A DNA stretch of 64,000 bases, from positions 32,001 through 96,000 of IMG/VR virus record IMGVR_UViG_3300033148_002122. The stretch is one strand, 5' to 3'. How positions within the stretch are numbered: the first letter of the stretch is position 1; every line of letters starts with the position of its first letter. This document shows, one piece after another, positions 41,001 through 50,335 of this stretch. The notes beneath the pieces were generated by a model. It was not told the origin of the DNA, made no database searches, and worked only from the letters and a program-made list of their open reading frames with translations. The DNA comes from a virus. The position numbers and the translations under genes are program-made.

Positions 41001-44000
41001 TTTATGAAAATTATTTGTACAAAACTACTTCATATATTTCGTCGCTAACTGGCTACAAGTTTATTGAAGATATTATTAAGCCTCATAATCCAATACAGTC
41101 TCCAGCTAGTGGTGGAGTTATTAACAAGTGGTCAACGTATGAAAAGGCTAGAATTAGTTCAGTAAATCCTATAACACTTCCCGAAGAAACTGCATGGAAT
41201 GGTGATACCATAGCCATAACGGGTACTGGACTTGACTATTATACTTACCCATTCTCACCCATACTGTACCACACAGAAGGGGATTCTGCTTGGGATAATT
41301 ATTCAGCACAAGCCTATAACCTATTTCCAAATCCTATACGTGCTATTACAGTAAACAAGGCAACAGAAACTATTTATTTTGGTGGTCCGATAAAACTAGA
41401 TAATGAATATCCAGAAGAGTGGGCAATACTGGGTAGTAAGCAACCAGGAGTAGGAAATAGTGTTTCCTATTTTTCGCTATCTGGTTATGAGAGCGGAACG
41501 CTATACTCACTAGAGTATTACAACGACAACATACACATTTTTGGTGACATAGTAGCGTCTGGGTTTGGTGCCCTAGGAGATAATGTAGGGTGGAGACTTG
41601 ATAACAACGGTTTTTTGTCTGGTGCGGCAGCCACTCCAACAGGTTGGGAACCAAAAGCTAGAGGATCTTTCGTACATAGTGATACTATTTATGTATGTGG
41701 TGGGGAAACTGAAGGGTGGGTTGGTACATTAATTCCCGATTACGTAACTGGCGGTGATTACATTAGTGTATTACACAGTCATGGCGAGATACCATATCCA
41801 GTAAATGACGTTATTACCGTGGGCAACATGATAATAATAGCTGTTGGTAACACAGATGGAGGAAATACTTACGGAAATATAATGATAAGTATTGACGGAG
41901 GTTTTACCTTTGAGTATGTGTATTCAGGTAGTTTCAACGGATCGGTTCAAAAACTACAAGAAGGTGGTGTTGGAGAGTATGTTTACATCGGTGGGTTATT
42001 CGACACACATACTATTCTAGGTTCTAACTATGGAGGAGCCGCAAGATTACAAGTAATTAACGAAGTACAATTATCCTCACCAGAAACAATGGGTACAGGC
42101 CCAGGGGCAACTCCAGAAGTATTTGGTTGTAAGTTACACACTAATGAGTACGATAAATATATTTATTATTTTGGTAGAAGGATATTAAAAAGATGGAATG
42201 TACAGACAGAATTATGGGAGGACCACCCAGTTAGCGTAGCTGGTTTTAATGCGTTTTCTTATGTACATGATATGCATACGTATGACTACAACTTACAGGG
42301 TGCTTTGCTTCCACCAGATTTTAGAAGAGTTTATGAAGAACTAAACGGTTCACCTCCAGATTGGCCTGCTTGCCAGGGTCCATTTTTATGTATGTTCATA
42401 GGTGAGTTACCTAGTTTGTATTCAGATCCTGTTGAGTATCCATTCTTAAACCAAGCATTTATATCTAGTAGAACTGCCAGTACTGCTGGTATTGTCGGGA
42501 ATGCTATTGATGGATTTGTTTTTAGATTAGCAAATCCAGCCATAACAGATAGTTATCTAAGATACTTAGGAGACTCCCAGTACGGACCACCATATTCAGA
42601 TCCTTCTGAATGGAGGTATATAGATAACGGGTATGAATATGCCAAGCGTGTTAGTACCTATGTAGTCAGGCATTTTAATCCGAGTAGCGTATTAACGTCT
42701 GTTGAATTTTTAGATGATTACGTAAGAGCAGCCGTATCACCAGTGTCACCTGATAGTGATATATGGAATAACTGTAGAAGACCCGGATATGGTTCTGAGC
42801 TTCCGGCTACTACGCATGTGGCTACACCTGGAAGTAATTCAGTGTATGATATCTTTAATGCTGCTGGAATATTAGTAACACCAAAGATTTCTCCAGTTAG
42901 TAATCTATTTGCGTTTATGCTAGACTGTCCCCCAGGAGTTGATGTTAATGACTGGGAAGCCGAAGGTGGTAGTACAGTTACAATGCTGTGTTTCCCAATG
43001 AGTGACACAACTGGGGCACAGTATAATGATCCAGATGGCTTAATGTCACTTGGAGAACTAAACCCAGGTAGACTGGCTGTTATTGGTGGTATAGAATTAC
43101 AAGAAACTATTACACCTACAACTGACTACCTGCATATATCATCCAGAAAAAATACAAAAGTTAAAGAATTATCAGGATATCTTGGTTCACTAAATGATAG
43201 ACAGGCTAGTGTGTATACACCTATTCCTGGGTTTATTCCGACCTACTCTCTAAAGCATATGACTAATCAAAGTTCTATACTTGAGAATGCTACTGTGGTA
43301 TACTCATCGTTGTTTAACTCCGGTTTAATCGTGGACACAAACCTAGATAGTACTAGCGGTTCTTATTCGTTTGGCCCAAGAGTTGCTACTGATGAAGAAA
43401 ACCAAAGAATTGAAAATCATACACTCATAGTAACTGACCTGGGTGAGTCCTATATTAAAAGCGAATTTGGTGCAAAGAGCTATGACTTTAATCCCTTTGA
43501 TGACGTTGTTGATCCTGCTACTGGTGACGCAGCACACATTAACAGGTGGTGGGGAGGATCTCAGTATAACATGGCTTCTAATGAAGATATACTGGATTCA
43601 AGGATGACTATCATGCATGGTAGTCACCAGTTACACTTATTCTCTTGTATTAAACGGGATTCCGCTGGGTCTACCATCTCACTACAAGGGTATCGTGAGT
43701 TTGATTACATAAATAATCCAACAGGAAGGTTGACACCAAGTGGAAATGCTGTTATACTAGACCCACCTGGAACATTCCAGGCAGTGTACTACGATGTTCT
43801 CCCAAAAGTTTCTGGGGATGGTTTCTACCTAGTAACCTGTCGTGGTCCTAGTCCCTATGACTCTGTTTCTAATAGTAGTGGTGGTGTTGAAGAGGATAAC
43901 TGGAGTTTCTATTTCCACGACTATAGTTTTAACACTGGTGGTGGGATAACACATCTGTCATCAACCAAGTTTAACTTTACCCTAGATGGTCAAACAGCTA

Positions 44001-44794
44001 GAGAGAGTTGGGGTGTGTATGGATTCAGAGAGCCATCTCTAGCCTGGGTTGGGTATGACTCTAACCATGTACCAATAATCGCAATGTCTTTTGTAATAGA
44101 CTATGGGTATCACAGTGATACGTATGACGATTCGTTAGTATACGAGTCTAGAATTTCGTTAACACTAGTAAAAGCAACAGATTGGACATTCAAGACAACA
44201 AGAGGATACAGTCCTTATACTGGGGTTCCTGTAGTTTATATAGTAAGGATAGTTTCACCATCATCATTTCCTCCTGAATGGGAAGAGACAGGATATGCAA
44301 GATTTGCTGGGTATGGCCGACACTATTCTCCACAGATATGGACAAACTGTATTATTAAGAACGGTGATATAAGTGCTACTGCTACAACTATTCATGTTCC
44401 CTATATTATAAACAATATAGATCTAGATTCTGACTACGAGGGTCAGCAACATAGGTGGAACTCAGGAAAGACTAGACAAATTGATGCCTTTGGTCATGTT
44501 CATTACTGTGTCCGTAAGTTTGACTCAGTTGGTGAAGAAGATGATTTTGAAAACTTAGTTCCTTATGGTGAACAATTTAGGTCTATGGGTATTAACGGAG
44601 GCCAATTTGTGTGTGACCAGGATAACTGGGGTAATGTTGTAGTTGGATACACTACAAAACCGGATGCTGACAAAATGAACGAATACAACTATGACAAGCT
44701 ATATCCACAGTATAGAATACTAAAGATTGAGAGAGTAATTAATAATATGATAGACATAGATATGGCTATTCCTATTATCCCAGATAGAATGTAA
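38072..44794 (+). CDS. Very large tail-tip adhesin/receptor-binding protein (PA14-like, split FN3, propeller-like repeats)
   Basis: 2240 aa; PDTPTNLTA...VTW and LESGVEYTYKVR FN3 halves; IYFGG/IYVCG/VYIGG blades; last structural gene. Confidence 0.6.
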   Translation: MAKDEIIRSQRKQVNKQIKEHLGSGNLVDFSDRKNTSAIIYSENIPDVPVQHVDKLLWRGYWFIYEQPGVYVPSPSSIETYVEVSVNDPTNSQSSMISQEPDGGKFFYEFIYSGSDYNEYRYVNLGVYTTFIPAVTGAIPITFAASVGDRVALYQDGILLTNGYSQNGGRVTASINLRKNTRTTLSLQFYSPSYKDEDSPLSRFARIYTNIANYVLAYGDAKPDTPTNLTAIASDEGNRVTWNISSSTAQYVAGTEVYHQREDDNSFHLSGIVEGLETEFIHNKDIYDHFPNGDLEYSPIQIHIGGGSWEYESIFIEGYGNVHSLHLSHTDNGWENYAYSADQNEFFRWRFGSDDDIPLQADCGIYLYHVDNRGDSIGELRSHASDYALEFPTDTFLDDRSLEGILDDVLDCPNSSGFWCLALNPNEVSAGSESDRHFALGIDDIIINGNYDYRLTFQSRLALTGKYDPVNGFEDYSEDDAYAEASPTVYYKVKAVVDNSYIVEDDSWVALGTVLPSLNGWGFNSMVATAEDMTAAIVELIPEGSVFVVSAIQFKFSLLDDELDYDSVNDNMYYKMWLLGGVDLFPVQGATLESGVEYTYKVRHFTNGHILSEYSDTVSVVAVMPQAPTSVDVNMIDVEADTKWNNITPLEVVVSSLSELQTIPRLEMKHTGSSNIYGASYIEPAGPDGWVSVPVGAITEGMSDPDHLHTKWTIQAQHMKDMGFWAEWLYYTGLDFPSEITDYYSHQFTQHDRYEFRVVASPVGEEVIDIEHLFYAVYDTEPPSCYVEVTDLYSRLSSSIDGYVLHGGKSLLESPSSNSSEITVRFMLKIPETTTITGLSAEYDWRADGSKFRYLIVKNIGVDLHKPISLLEYEWDPLTTYIYGGFGSSTVQEYYEDNFVDYYGNTVSSYDHDYVYGLKLNEDYDEWHEYNRDTVHEVSFTLEADDVLIGVDIYIEVENSIGERFEYGLYAIDLSSIYENYLYKTTSYISSLTGYKFIEDIIKPHNPIQSPASGGVINKWSTYEKARISSVNPITLPEETAWNGDTIAITGTGLDYYTYPFSPILYHTEGDSAWDNYSAQAYNLFPNPIRAITVNKATETIYFGGPIKLDNEYPEEWAILGSKQPGVGNSVSYFSLSGYESGTLYSLEYYNDNIHIFGDIVASGFGALGDNVGWRLDNNGFLSGAAATPTGWEPKARGSFVHSDTIYVCGGETEGWVGTLIPDYVTGGDYISVLHSHGEIPYPVNDVITVGNMIIIAVGNTDGGNTYGNIMISIDGGFTFEYVYSGSFNGSVQKLQEGGVGEYVYIGGLFDTHTILGSNYGGAARLQVINEVQLSSPETMGTGPGATPEVFGCKLHTNEYDKYIYYFGRRILKRWNVQTELWEDHPVSVAGFNAFSYVHDMHTYDYNLQGALLPPDFRRVYEELNGSPPDWPACQGPFLCMFIGELPSLYSDPVEYPFLNQAFISSRTASTAGIVGNAIDGFVFRLANPAITDSYLRYLGDSQYGPPYSDPSEWRYIDNGYEYAKRVSTYVVRHFNPSSVLTSVEFLDDYVRAAVSPVSPDSDIWNNCRRPGYGSELPATTHVATPGSNSVYDIFNAAGILVTPKISPVSNLFAFMLDCPPGVDVNDWEAEGGSTVTMLCFPMSDTTGAQYNDPDGLMSLGELNPGRLAVIGGIELQETITPTTDYLHISSRKNTKVKELSGYLGSLNDRQASVYTPIPGFIPTYSLKHMTNQSSILENATVVYSSLFNSGLIVDTNLDSTSGSYSFGPRVATDEENQRIENHTLIVTDLGESYIKSEFGAKSYDFNPFDDVVDPATGDAAHINRWWGGSQYNMASNEDILDSRMTIMHGSHQLHLFSCIKRDSAGSTISLQGYREFDYINNPTGRLTPSGNAVILDPPGTFQAVYYDVLPKVSGDGFYLVTCRGPSPYDSVSNSSGGVEEDNWSFYFHDYSFNTGGGITHLSSTKFNFTLDGQTARESWGVYGFREPSLAWVGYDSNHVPIIAMSFVIDYGYHSDTYDDSLVYESRISLTLVKATDWTFKTTRGYSPYTGVPVVYIVRIVSPSSFPPEWEETGYARFAGYGRHYSPQIWTNCIIKNGDISATATTIHVPYIINNIDLDSDYEGQQHRWNSGKTRQIDAFGHVHYCVRKFDSVGEEDDFENLVPYGEQFRSMGINGGQFVCDQDNWGNVVVGYTTKPDADKMNEYNYDKLYPQYRILKIERVINNMIDIDMAIPIIPDRM

Positions 44795-44804
44795 AGGAAG
44801 TGGT

Positions 44805-45446
44805 ATGAAAATTTCTGTGTTACTGCCTATGCGTGATTCAGATAGTGATTCTGTGGATGGGCTAAGGACTTTGATAGAGAATAGAACAGGCGATAATGAA
44901 CTTGAGATACTGTTTGGTGTAGATAGAGATGATGACTCATGGAAACAGGTTACGGCTATGCTGGATGAGGAGTTTCCTGAAATTGAGTACGTTGTATGCG
45001 TTACCAAGCAATTTGGATACACTAGCCTGTATGAGTACATGAACCGATTGGCAGCGTTGTCAACAGGTGATTGGCTTATGATGTGGAATAATGATGTCTA
45101 CATGATAGGAAAAACATGGGACTTAGGTATAAATAAAGACTTATTTAAGTTGTATTACCTACAGTCTGATAATCAGTGTGAATTTCCTGTGTTTCCGAGA
45201 AAATGGTTTGAACTTACAGGAAGAATCTCTTTGTCTAGGCATTGTGATTCGTGGATGTTATACATAGGAAGAGAAATTCTTACAAAGGAGGGTGCCGTGC
45301 TATCTGAGTTACCAAACTCTAGGGTTAATCACCTGAAAAAAGTAAAACAAGTGTATGATAATAAACATTTTAAGGACTTAGCCAGTGAGAGAAATATTGA
45401 TAAGAACAGGATTGTGGACTACTTAAAAAGTGAGGGACTAATATGA
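44805..45446 (+). CDS. Glycosyltransferase, GT2-like (GT-A fold)
   Basis: MKISVLLPMR, EILFGVDRDD, NRLAALSTGDWLMMWNND (DxD-equivalent). Confidence 0.85.
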   Translation: MKISVLLPMRDSDSDSVDGLRTLIENRTGDNELEILFGVDRDDDSWKQVTAMLDEEFPEIEYVVCVTKQFGYTSLYEYMNRLAALSTGDWLMMWNNDVYMIGKTWDLGINKDLFKLYYLQSDNQCEFPVFPRKWFELTGRISLSRHCDSWMLYIGREILTKEGAVLSELPNSRVNHLKKVKQVYDNKHFKDLASERNIDKNRIVDYLKSEGLI

Positions 45447-46693
45447 ATATAGGTTTTGTAGGGCTTGGTAAACTAGGACTACCGTGTGCGCTAGCTATTG
45501 AGGGCAAGGGTCATACTATTTACGGTACTGATACTAACCAGGATGTCATTAAGAATATAGTATTTAAGCAAATTCCGTATAAAGAAGAGGGTGCCCAAAA
45601 AGCTTTGACTAATGCAGAACATCTTTATCTTTCTGAATTACCAGCTATTGTTGAGAAGTCAGATATAATTTTTGTTCCTATTCAGACTCCACATCAACCT
45701 GAGTACGAAGGTTGTGTTCGTATTCCAGATGACAGAATAGACTTCGACTATACTTGGTTAAAGGCAGGCGTTAAAGAACTATCTGATGAGATAGGCAAGC
45801 AGGGTGTAGACAAGATTGTTGTAATTATTTCCACAGTACTTCCGGGTACTATTGAGAGAGAGATTAAACCATTACTTTCTGATCATGTAAAGCTATGTTA
45901 TAATCCATTCTTTATTGCAATGGGAACGTGTATGCAGGATTTTCTTCATCCTGAGTTCATACTTATGGGTGTAGACGATGAGTATGCTGCACAAAAAACA
46001 ACTGAATTCTATGCCACGATTACTGATGCTCCTGTTCAGCAAATGAGTATTGCTAGTGCAGAGTTGGCGAAAGTTGCATACAATACATACATTGGTCAAA
46101 AGATTGTCTTTATTAATGCCATGATGGAAATATGTCACAAGACTGGTGCCAATGTTGATGACATTACCAGGGCAATCAGATCGGCCAATAAGCGAATCAT
46201 TAGCCCAGCATATCTAGAGGGTGGAATGGGGGACGGTGGCGGCTGTCACCCAAGAGACAATATTGCACTTTCTTGGCTGGCTCGTAAGCTCAATCTTAGC
46301 TATGATTTATTTGAGTCTGTTATGGAATGCCGTGAGAAACAGACAGAGTGGATAGCTAGTATGGCCTTTGATGAGGCATCAGCTAGAGAATTACCGATAG
46401 TTATTCTTGGTAAATCGTTTAAGCCTGAAAGTAATATTGAGACAGGAAGTCCAGCACATCTTCTTCGCAATATAATTACTGAGATAGACCCAAACCAGCC
46501 TAAGATGTGGGATCCACATATTGATGGTCTTGAGTTATCAAGAGAAATAATGTTTACACCCGCAGTGTTCGTTATTGCCACGAAGCATAAATACTTTGGC
46601 AGCCTAGGCTTTCCTACAGGGTCTGTTGTCATTGATCCATGGCGTTACATACAGGATCAGGATGGGGTAGATGTAATTAGATTAGGAGAATAG
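45443..46693 (+). CDS. ugd: UDP-glucose/GDP-mannose dehydrogenase family
   Basis: GFVGLGKLGLP Rossmann motif, STVLPGT, SAELAKVAYN, catalytic GGGCHPRD, LGKSFKP. Confidence 0.92.
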   Translation: MNIGFVGLGKLGLPCALAIEGKGHTIYGTDTNQDVIKNIVFKQIPYKEEGAQKALTNAEHLYLSELPAIVEKSDIIFVPIQTPHQPEYEGCVRIPDDRIDFDYTWLKAGVKELSDEIGKQGVDKIVVIISTVLPGTIEREIKPLLSDHVKLCYNPFFIAMGTCMQDFLHPEFILMGVDDEYAAQKTTEFYATITDAPVQQMSIASAELAKVAYNTYIGQKIVFINAMMEICHKTGANVDDITRAIRSANKRIISPAYLEGGMGDGGGCHPRDNIALSWLARKLNLSYDLFESVMECREKQTEWIASMAFDEASARELPIVILGKSFKPESNIETGSPAHLLRNIITEIDPNQPKMWDPHIDGLELSREIMFTPAVFVIATKHKYFGSLGFPTGSVVIDPWRYIQDQDGVDVIRLGE

Positions 46694-46694
46694 A

Positions 46695-48098
46695 ATGGGA
46701 TTAAAGGAAAAGATGCTAGAGAGTAAGGTAGTTCTTATTTCTTTGCCAGTTCCTTTTGCGGATGAGCCAGCAATGAACCCACCACTTGGGCTTTGTTATA
46801 TAATGAGCTATCTAAAGGAAAAAGGAATTAAAAATGTTGAAATAGTAGACTATGCGTTATCAAATGACTATGATTTCTTTGACTCAAAAGAATACCTAAA
46901 ACTTTTACCGTCAGATGCTGACTACTATGGTGTTTATTGTACTACCTCACAGTTTCACTGGCTTCATGAAGTAAGTGATTATCTTACAAAGAAAACACAA
47001 GGGGTTATAGTTGCTGGTGGTCCTCACCCAACTACTATGGCGCAGCAGACAATGCTTGACACAGAAGTTACGTTTGTTGTAAAGGGTGATGGTGAGGAAC
47101 CAATGTATAGGCTTATAAGAGGAGATGACTATGAGGATATTCCTGGTTTATGCTACTGGAGTTCCAGGGGTGTTACTGAGAATGCTCATAACGTTCATAG
47201 TAAATTAGATTCATTGCCTTTCCCAGAGAGATACAAACTAGAAGAGTATAAACGTAGGATAGAGGGTGAAAAGGCAGCACACATTGTTACGCTTAGAGGG
47301 TGTCCGTATAACTGTGCTTTCTGCGATAGGCTTTCTGTTGGGCGAAAGATGAGATACAGAAGTATTGATAACGTACTTCAGGAAATGGATTATATTATAG
47401 ATAACTACGGTATTAAAGCCTTTGTTATTTATGACGATATCTTTACTCTTAAGAAGGACAGAACACTTGAATTCTGCGAAGCGTTTAGGCAACGTGATAT
47501 AAAATGGAGATGTTGGGCTAGGGCTGACCTAGTTGATCGTGACATACTTCAGTCAATGAAAGACTCAGGAATGGTAAGTATTACATTTGGTATAGAGTCT
47601 GGAGATGACCATGTACTTAAGAGTATGCGTAAGGGTACAACGGTAGAAAAAAATAGGAATGCGTTACTCCTGTGCAAAGAGCTTGGCATTCCTGTTAGGT
47701 GTAGTCTTATGTATGGCAACCCTGGTGAATCCAGGGAATCAATCGAGAATACTATTAAGATGATAGAAGAAACTCAGCCTGACGAATGGAACTTGGCTGT
47801 GCTACAGCCTATCCCTGGATCAGATATCTGGTATCATCCAGAACAGTTTGGTATCAAGTTTGATAAGCAGAGAGTAATTGACCAGCAGTTTCAGATGACT
47901 AATCGTTTTGCAGATAGTGGGATTGGTGATATATGGATTGCACTAGAGGGAACGTCTGACGAAGAGTTCTCATGCAATCTAAAGTATTTTGTTGAAGAGT
48001 TGGAAAGGGTGTGTCCAAGGACTAAGATTCAGGACACCATTCAAACAATAGATGTTTGTAAGGTAAAGGAGAAAGATGAACACTCAATACAGGATTGA
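46695..48098 (+). CDS. B12-binding radical SAM enzyme (class B methyltransferase-like)
   Basis: PPLGLCYI, VAGGPHPT, GDGEE cobalamin domain; RGCPYNCAFC; DDIFT; FGIESG. Confidence 0.92.
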   Translation: MGLKEKMLESKVVLISLPVPFADEPAMNPPLGLCYIMSYLKEKGIKNVEIVDYALSNDYDFFDSKEYLKLLPSDADYYGVYCTTSQFHWLHEVSDYLTKKTQGVIVAGGPHPTTMAQQTMLDTEVTFVVKGDGEEPMYRLIRGDDYEDIPGLCYWSSRGVTENAHNVHSKLDSLPFPERYKLEEYKRRIEGEKAAHIVTLRGCPYNCAFCDRLSVGRKMRYRSIDNVLQEMDYIIDNYGIKAFVIYDDIFTLKKDRTLEFCEAFRQRDIKWRCWARADLVDRDILQSMKDSGMVSITFGIESGDDHVLKSMRKGTTVEKNRNALLLCKELGIPVRCSLMYGNPGESRESIENTIKMIEETQPDEWNLAVLQPIPGSDIWYHPEQFGIKFDKQRVIDQQFQMTNRFADSGIGDIWIALEGTSDEEFSCNLKYFVEELERVCPRTKIQDTIQTIDVCKVKEKDEHSIQD

Positions 48099-48873
48099 CA
48101 AGATAACTGACTGGTTACTAGATTATTATCACCAGACAGGAAGAGACTTTGTGGTTGGTGTTTCTGGTGGTGTGGATTCTGCCGTTGTGAGTACACTGTG
48201 TGCAATGACTAGCGTAAGAACATGGGCAGTTAGTATGTCATTTAATGGAAGCATACCAAAGCTGGCTGAAACACATATTACTAGTCTTCAGAAAGAATAT
48301 GATAATGTTATTCCAGATTATATTTATTTAGACGATATATATAAAAAGTTCAATGAGAAATTTGGATCCCTAAGTGGTATATCAGGAGTAAATTTAAAGT
48401 CAAGGTTAATGATGTGTGCTTTATATACATTATCGTCTGAGGTTGGTGGCTTAGTTGTTGGAACTGGTAACAAAGTTGAAGACCTAGGTATTGGTTTCTT
48501 TACCAAGTACGGTGATGGCGGTGTGGATCTGTCTCCTATTGGAGATTTAATGAAAAGCAGTGTGTACGATATGGCTGCATACCTAAATATTTCAGACAAT
48601 ATAATTAAAGCCCCCCCAACAGACGGACTATGGGGGGACAGCAGAACAGATGAGGATCAGATTGGCACTAGTTATTTCCAACTTGAGTGGGCAATGCGAG
48701 AACCAGTGTCTACCGAATCCAACGAACGTGGAGAACCCAGATATATTAGAAACGGTGCTGACTGTACAGTTCACTATACTAATGAACAGAAAAAAGCCCT
48801 GCGTATTTACGCAGAGCTAAGACAAAAAAATATGCATAAGATGAGTAGTATTCCGGTATGTAAATTTACTTAA
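48076..48873 (+). CDS. nadE: NH3-dependent NAD+ synthetase family
   Basis: VVGVSGGVDSAV PP-loop, GTGNKVED, FFTKYGDGGVD, PPTDGL, TDEDQIG. Confidence 0.9.
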   Translation: MNTQYRIDKITDWLLDYYHQTGRDFVVGVSGGVDSAVVSTLCAMTSVRTWAVSMSFNGSIPKLAETHITSLQKEYDNVIPDYIYLDDIYKKFNEKFGSLSGISGVNLKSRLMMCALYTLSSEVGGLVVGTGNKVEDLGIGFFTKYGDGGVDLSPIGDLMKSSVYDMAAYLNISDNIIKAPPTDGLWGDSRTDEDQIGTSYFQLEWAMREPVSTESNERGEPRYIRNGADCTVHYTNEQKKALRIYAELRQKNMHKMSSIPVCKFT

Positions 48874-49765
48874 GATATTCCCAAAATTCCTGAATTGAAT
48901 CTTTATAATTGTCGGGGTTGCCTAGTTCGAAATCGAATGAGGCTGCTCCGACATTTTCATTTATAGCCAAGTTGCATCCACACAGAGCGGCTTCCATAAC
49001 GATCCTACCCATTGGTTCAATCCAGTTTGGTAGGTGGACTAGGCACTTTGTGTTGTTGTAAATACCAGGAAGCTCACTGTAGTCCACACTCTCTTTCCAC
49101 TTCATACCGTAGTCTTCAACACCAATATCCATAGGGTTTTTACCGATGAAAAGCACATTAGAAGGCTCTGCATTCACATCTTCTAGGAACTTCAGTGTGT
49201 TGAGTATACCCTTGGCAGGTAGCAGAGGAGCTACATACAGGTAGTCAATTTTTCTGTCAGCAAACTCTTTGTTATTAAACAACTTAGTGTTTATTGTAGG
49301 ACGAATAACGTGTGATTTGTTTGCCATATCTACATAGGGTAGTAGTGAAAGCACTGTCTTGGCATGGAGAGGAGACAGGAAGAACAGTCGTTCTGCCTTC
49401 TGATACAACTCCGCAGATTCTGGGTGACAGTGCTGTTCGCACTCGGCGTTACACGGCAGATAATCCTTTTTGCACACATCTACGTATGCGTTATCAAACT
49501 TGAAATACTTCTTATGCCTAAGCTTTTCACTCAGCCATTCCTTACTAAATCCTGGCTGTCCAGGTAAGTTAAAAACATCACAAAAAATATTAAAATCTGC
49601 ATCATTATTATAATCGTATGTATTATCAGGTGTTATAATTTTAAGATTTTCCACGGGTCCGAAGGGTCCGGTTCCCCACGTAAGAAGTTCTCTCATTATG
49701 GCCTCACCACCACCTGATGCAGTAGGTGAGTACGGGTCAATCCTAGCCAAGTAATTAATCTTCAT
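48866..49765 (-). CDS. Glycosyltransferase, GT4-like, with Cys-rich insert
   Basis: SGGGE N-terminal motif, KGI, HLPNWIEPMGRIVMEAALCGC (E-x7-E); CKKDYLPCNAECEQHC insert. Confidence 0.85.
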   Translation of the reverse strand: MKINYLARIDPYSPTASGGGEAIMRELLTWGTGPFGPVENLKIITPDNTYDYNNDADFNIFCDVFNLPGQPGFSKEWLSEKLRHKKYFKFDNAYVDVCKKDYLPCNAECEQHCHPESAELYQKAERLFFLSPLHAKTVLSLLPYVDMANKSHVIRPTINTKLFNNKEFADRKIDYLYVAPLLPAKGILNTLKFLEDVNAEPSNVLFIGKNPMDIGVEDYGMKWKESVDYSELPGIYNNTKCLVHLPNWIEPMGRIVMEAALCGCNLAINENVGAASFDFELGNPDNYKDSIQEFWEYLK

Positions 49766-49985
49766 TAGCTACAAGTCCTTTCTCATATCCTTCGTCATAC
49801 CCTTCTGATTTTCCTTGTTCGAAACCTTCTCTGTATCCCTCATTTATTTGTTCTTTTAAACACTTTACACACATATCTACGTCCACAAAAAGATCTTTAT
49901 CGTTATCGAGGCTTACTCTAAAATCCAGATCACTCATGCAGTCCGTGCATAAAACACTATATACTACTGGCATGTTATACCTCAC
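49755..49985 (-). CDS. Small protein with CxxC pairs and GYxxG repeat
   Basis: CTDC, CVKC, EGYREGFEQGKSEGYDEGYEKG. Confidence 0.65.
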   Translation of the reverse strand: MRYNMPVVYSVLCTDCMSDLDFRVSLDNDKDLFVDVDMCVKCLKEQINEGYREGFEQGKSEGYDEGYEKGLVANED

Positions 49986-50166
49986 TCTCTAGCTTTTCAT
50001 TAATTTCTAGTGCCTGTTGAATACCACAGTGTACCGCATCCTCTATAACTGATTGTAATTCATAGTAGTATCCTGTATGTGGTAGGATGAATCCTGTTGT
50101 GTCATTCCAGTTATCAAAGATATTCAGTGCCCTACGTACTGCGTTATCAACTTTACCTTGTTTCAT
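49975..50166 (-). CDS. Hypothetical protein (start revised to MKQGK)
   Basis: ATG at 50166 lies 1 nt after the stop of ORF 50168..50335. Confidence 0.6.
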   Translation of the reverse strand: MKQGKVDNAVRRALNIFDNWNDTTGFILPHTGYYYELQSVIEDAVHCGIQQALEINEKLESEV

Positions 50167-50167
50167 T

Positions 50168-50335
50168 CTATATTTTTCTTGAAGTAATTTGATGTTGTCC
50201 AACGTTAATCAATGACTCCAGAATTTCTGCAATAGATTTCCCAGAAATACTTATGTTTGGAATATCTCTAGTCATTGTAACTGTTGTTCCCTGTGATATA
50301 ATTTTTATTGATAATTGTGTATCCGCAGAAGACAT
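50168..50335 (-). CDS. 55-aa hypothetical protein (not in the ORF track)
   Basis: TAATG coupling to the upstream gene and GAGGAG RBS; MSSADTQLSIKIISQG...TSRKI. Confidence 0.55.
   Translation of the reverse strand: MSSADTQLSIKIISQGTTVTMTRDIPNISISGKSIAEILESLINVGQHQITSRKI

Noticed and set aside
342-48599. Many short antisense or alternate-frame ORFs in the track overlapping long + strand genes
   Set aside because: Shadow ORFs with no RBS or motifs, lying inside well-supported genes; the same applies to the + strand ORFs within the minus arm
48076-48873. nadE as part of a described phage NAD reconstitution pathway (NARP1/NARP2)
   Set aside because: Those pathways use other enzymes (Adps/Namat, Nampt/Nmnat), none of which I can see here
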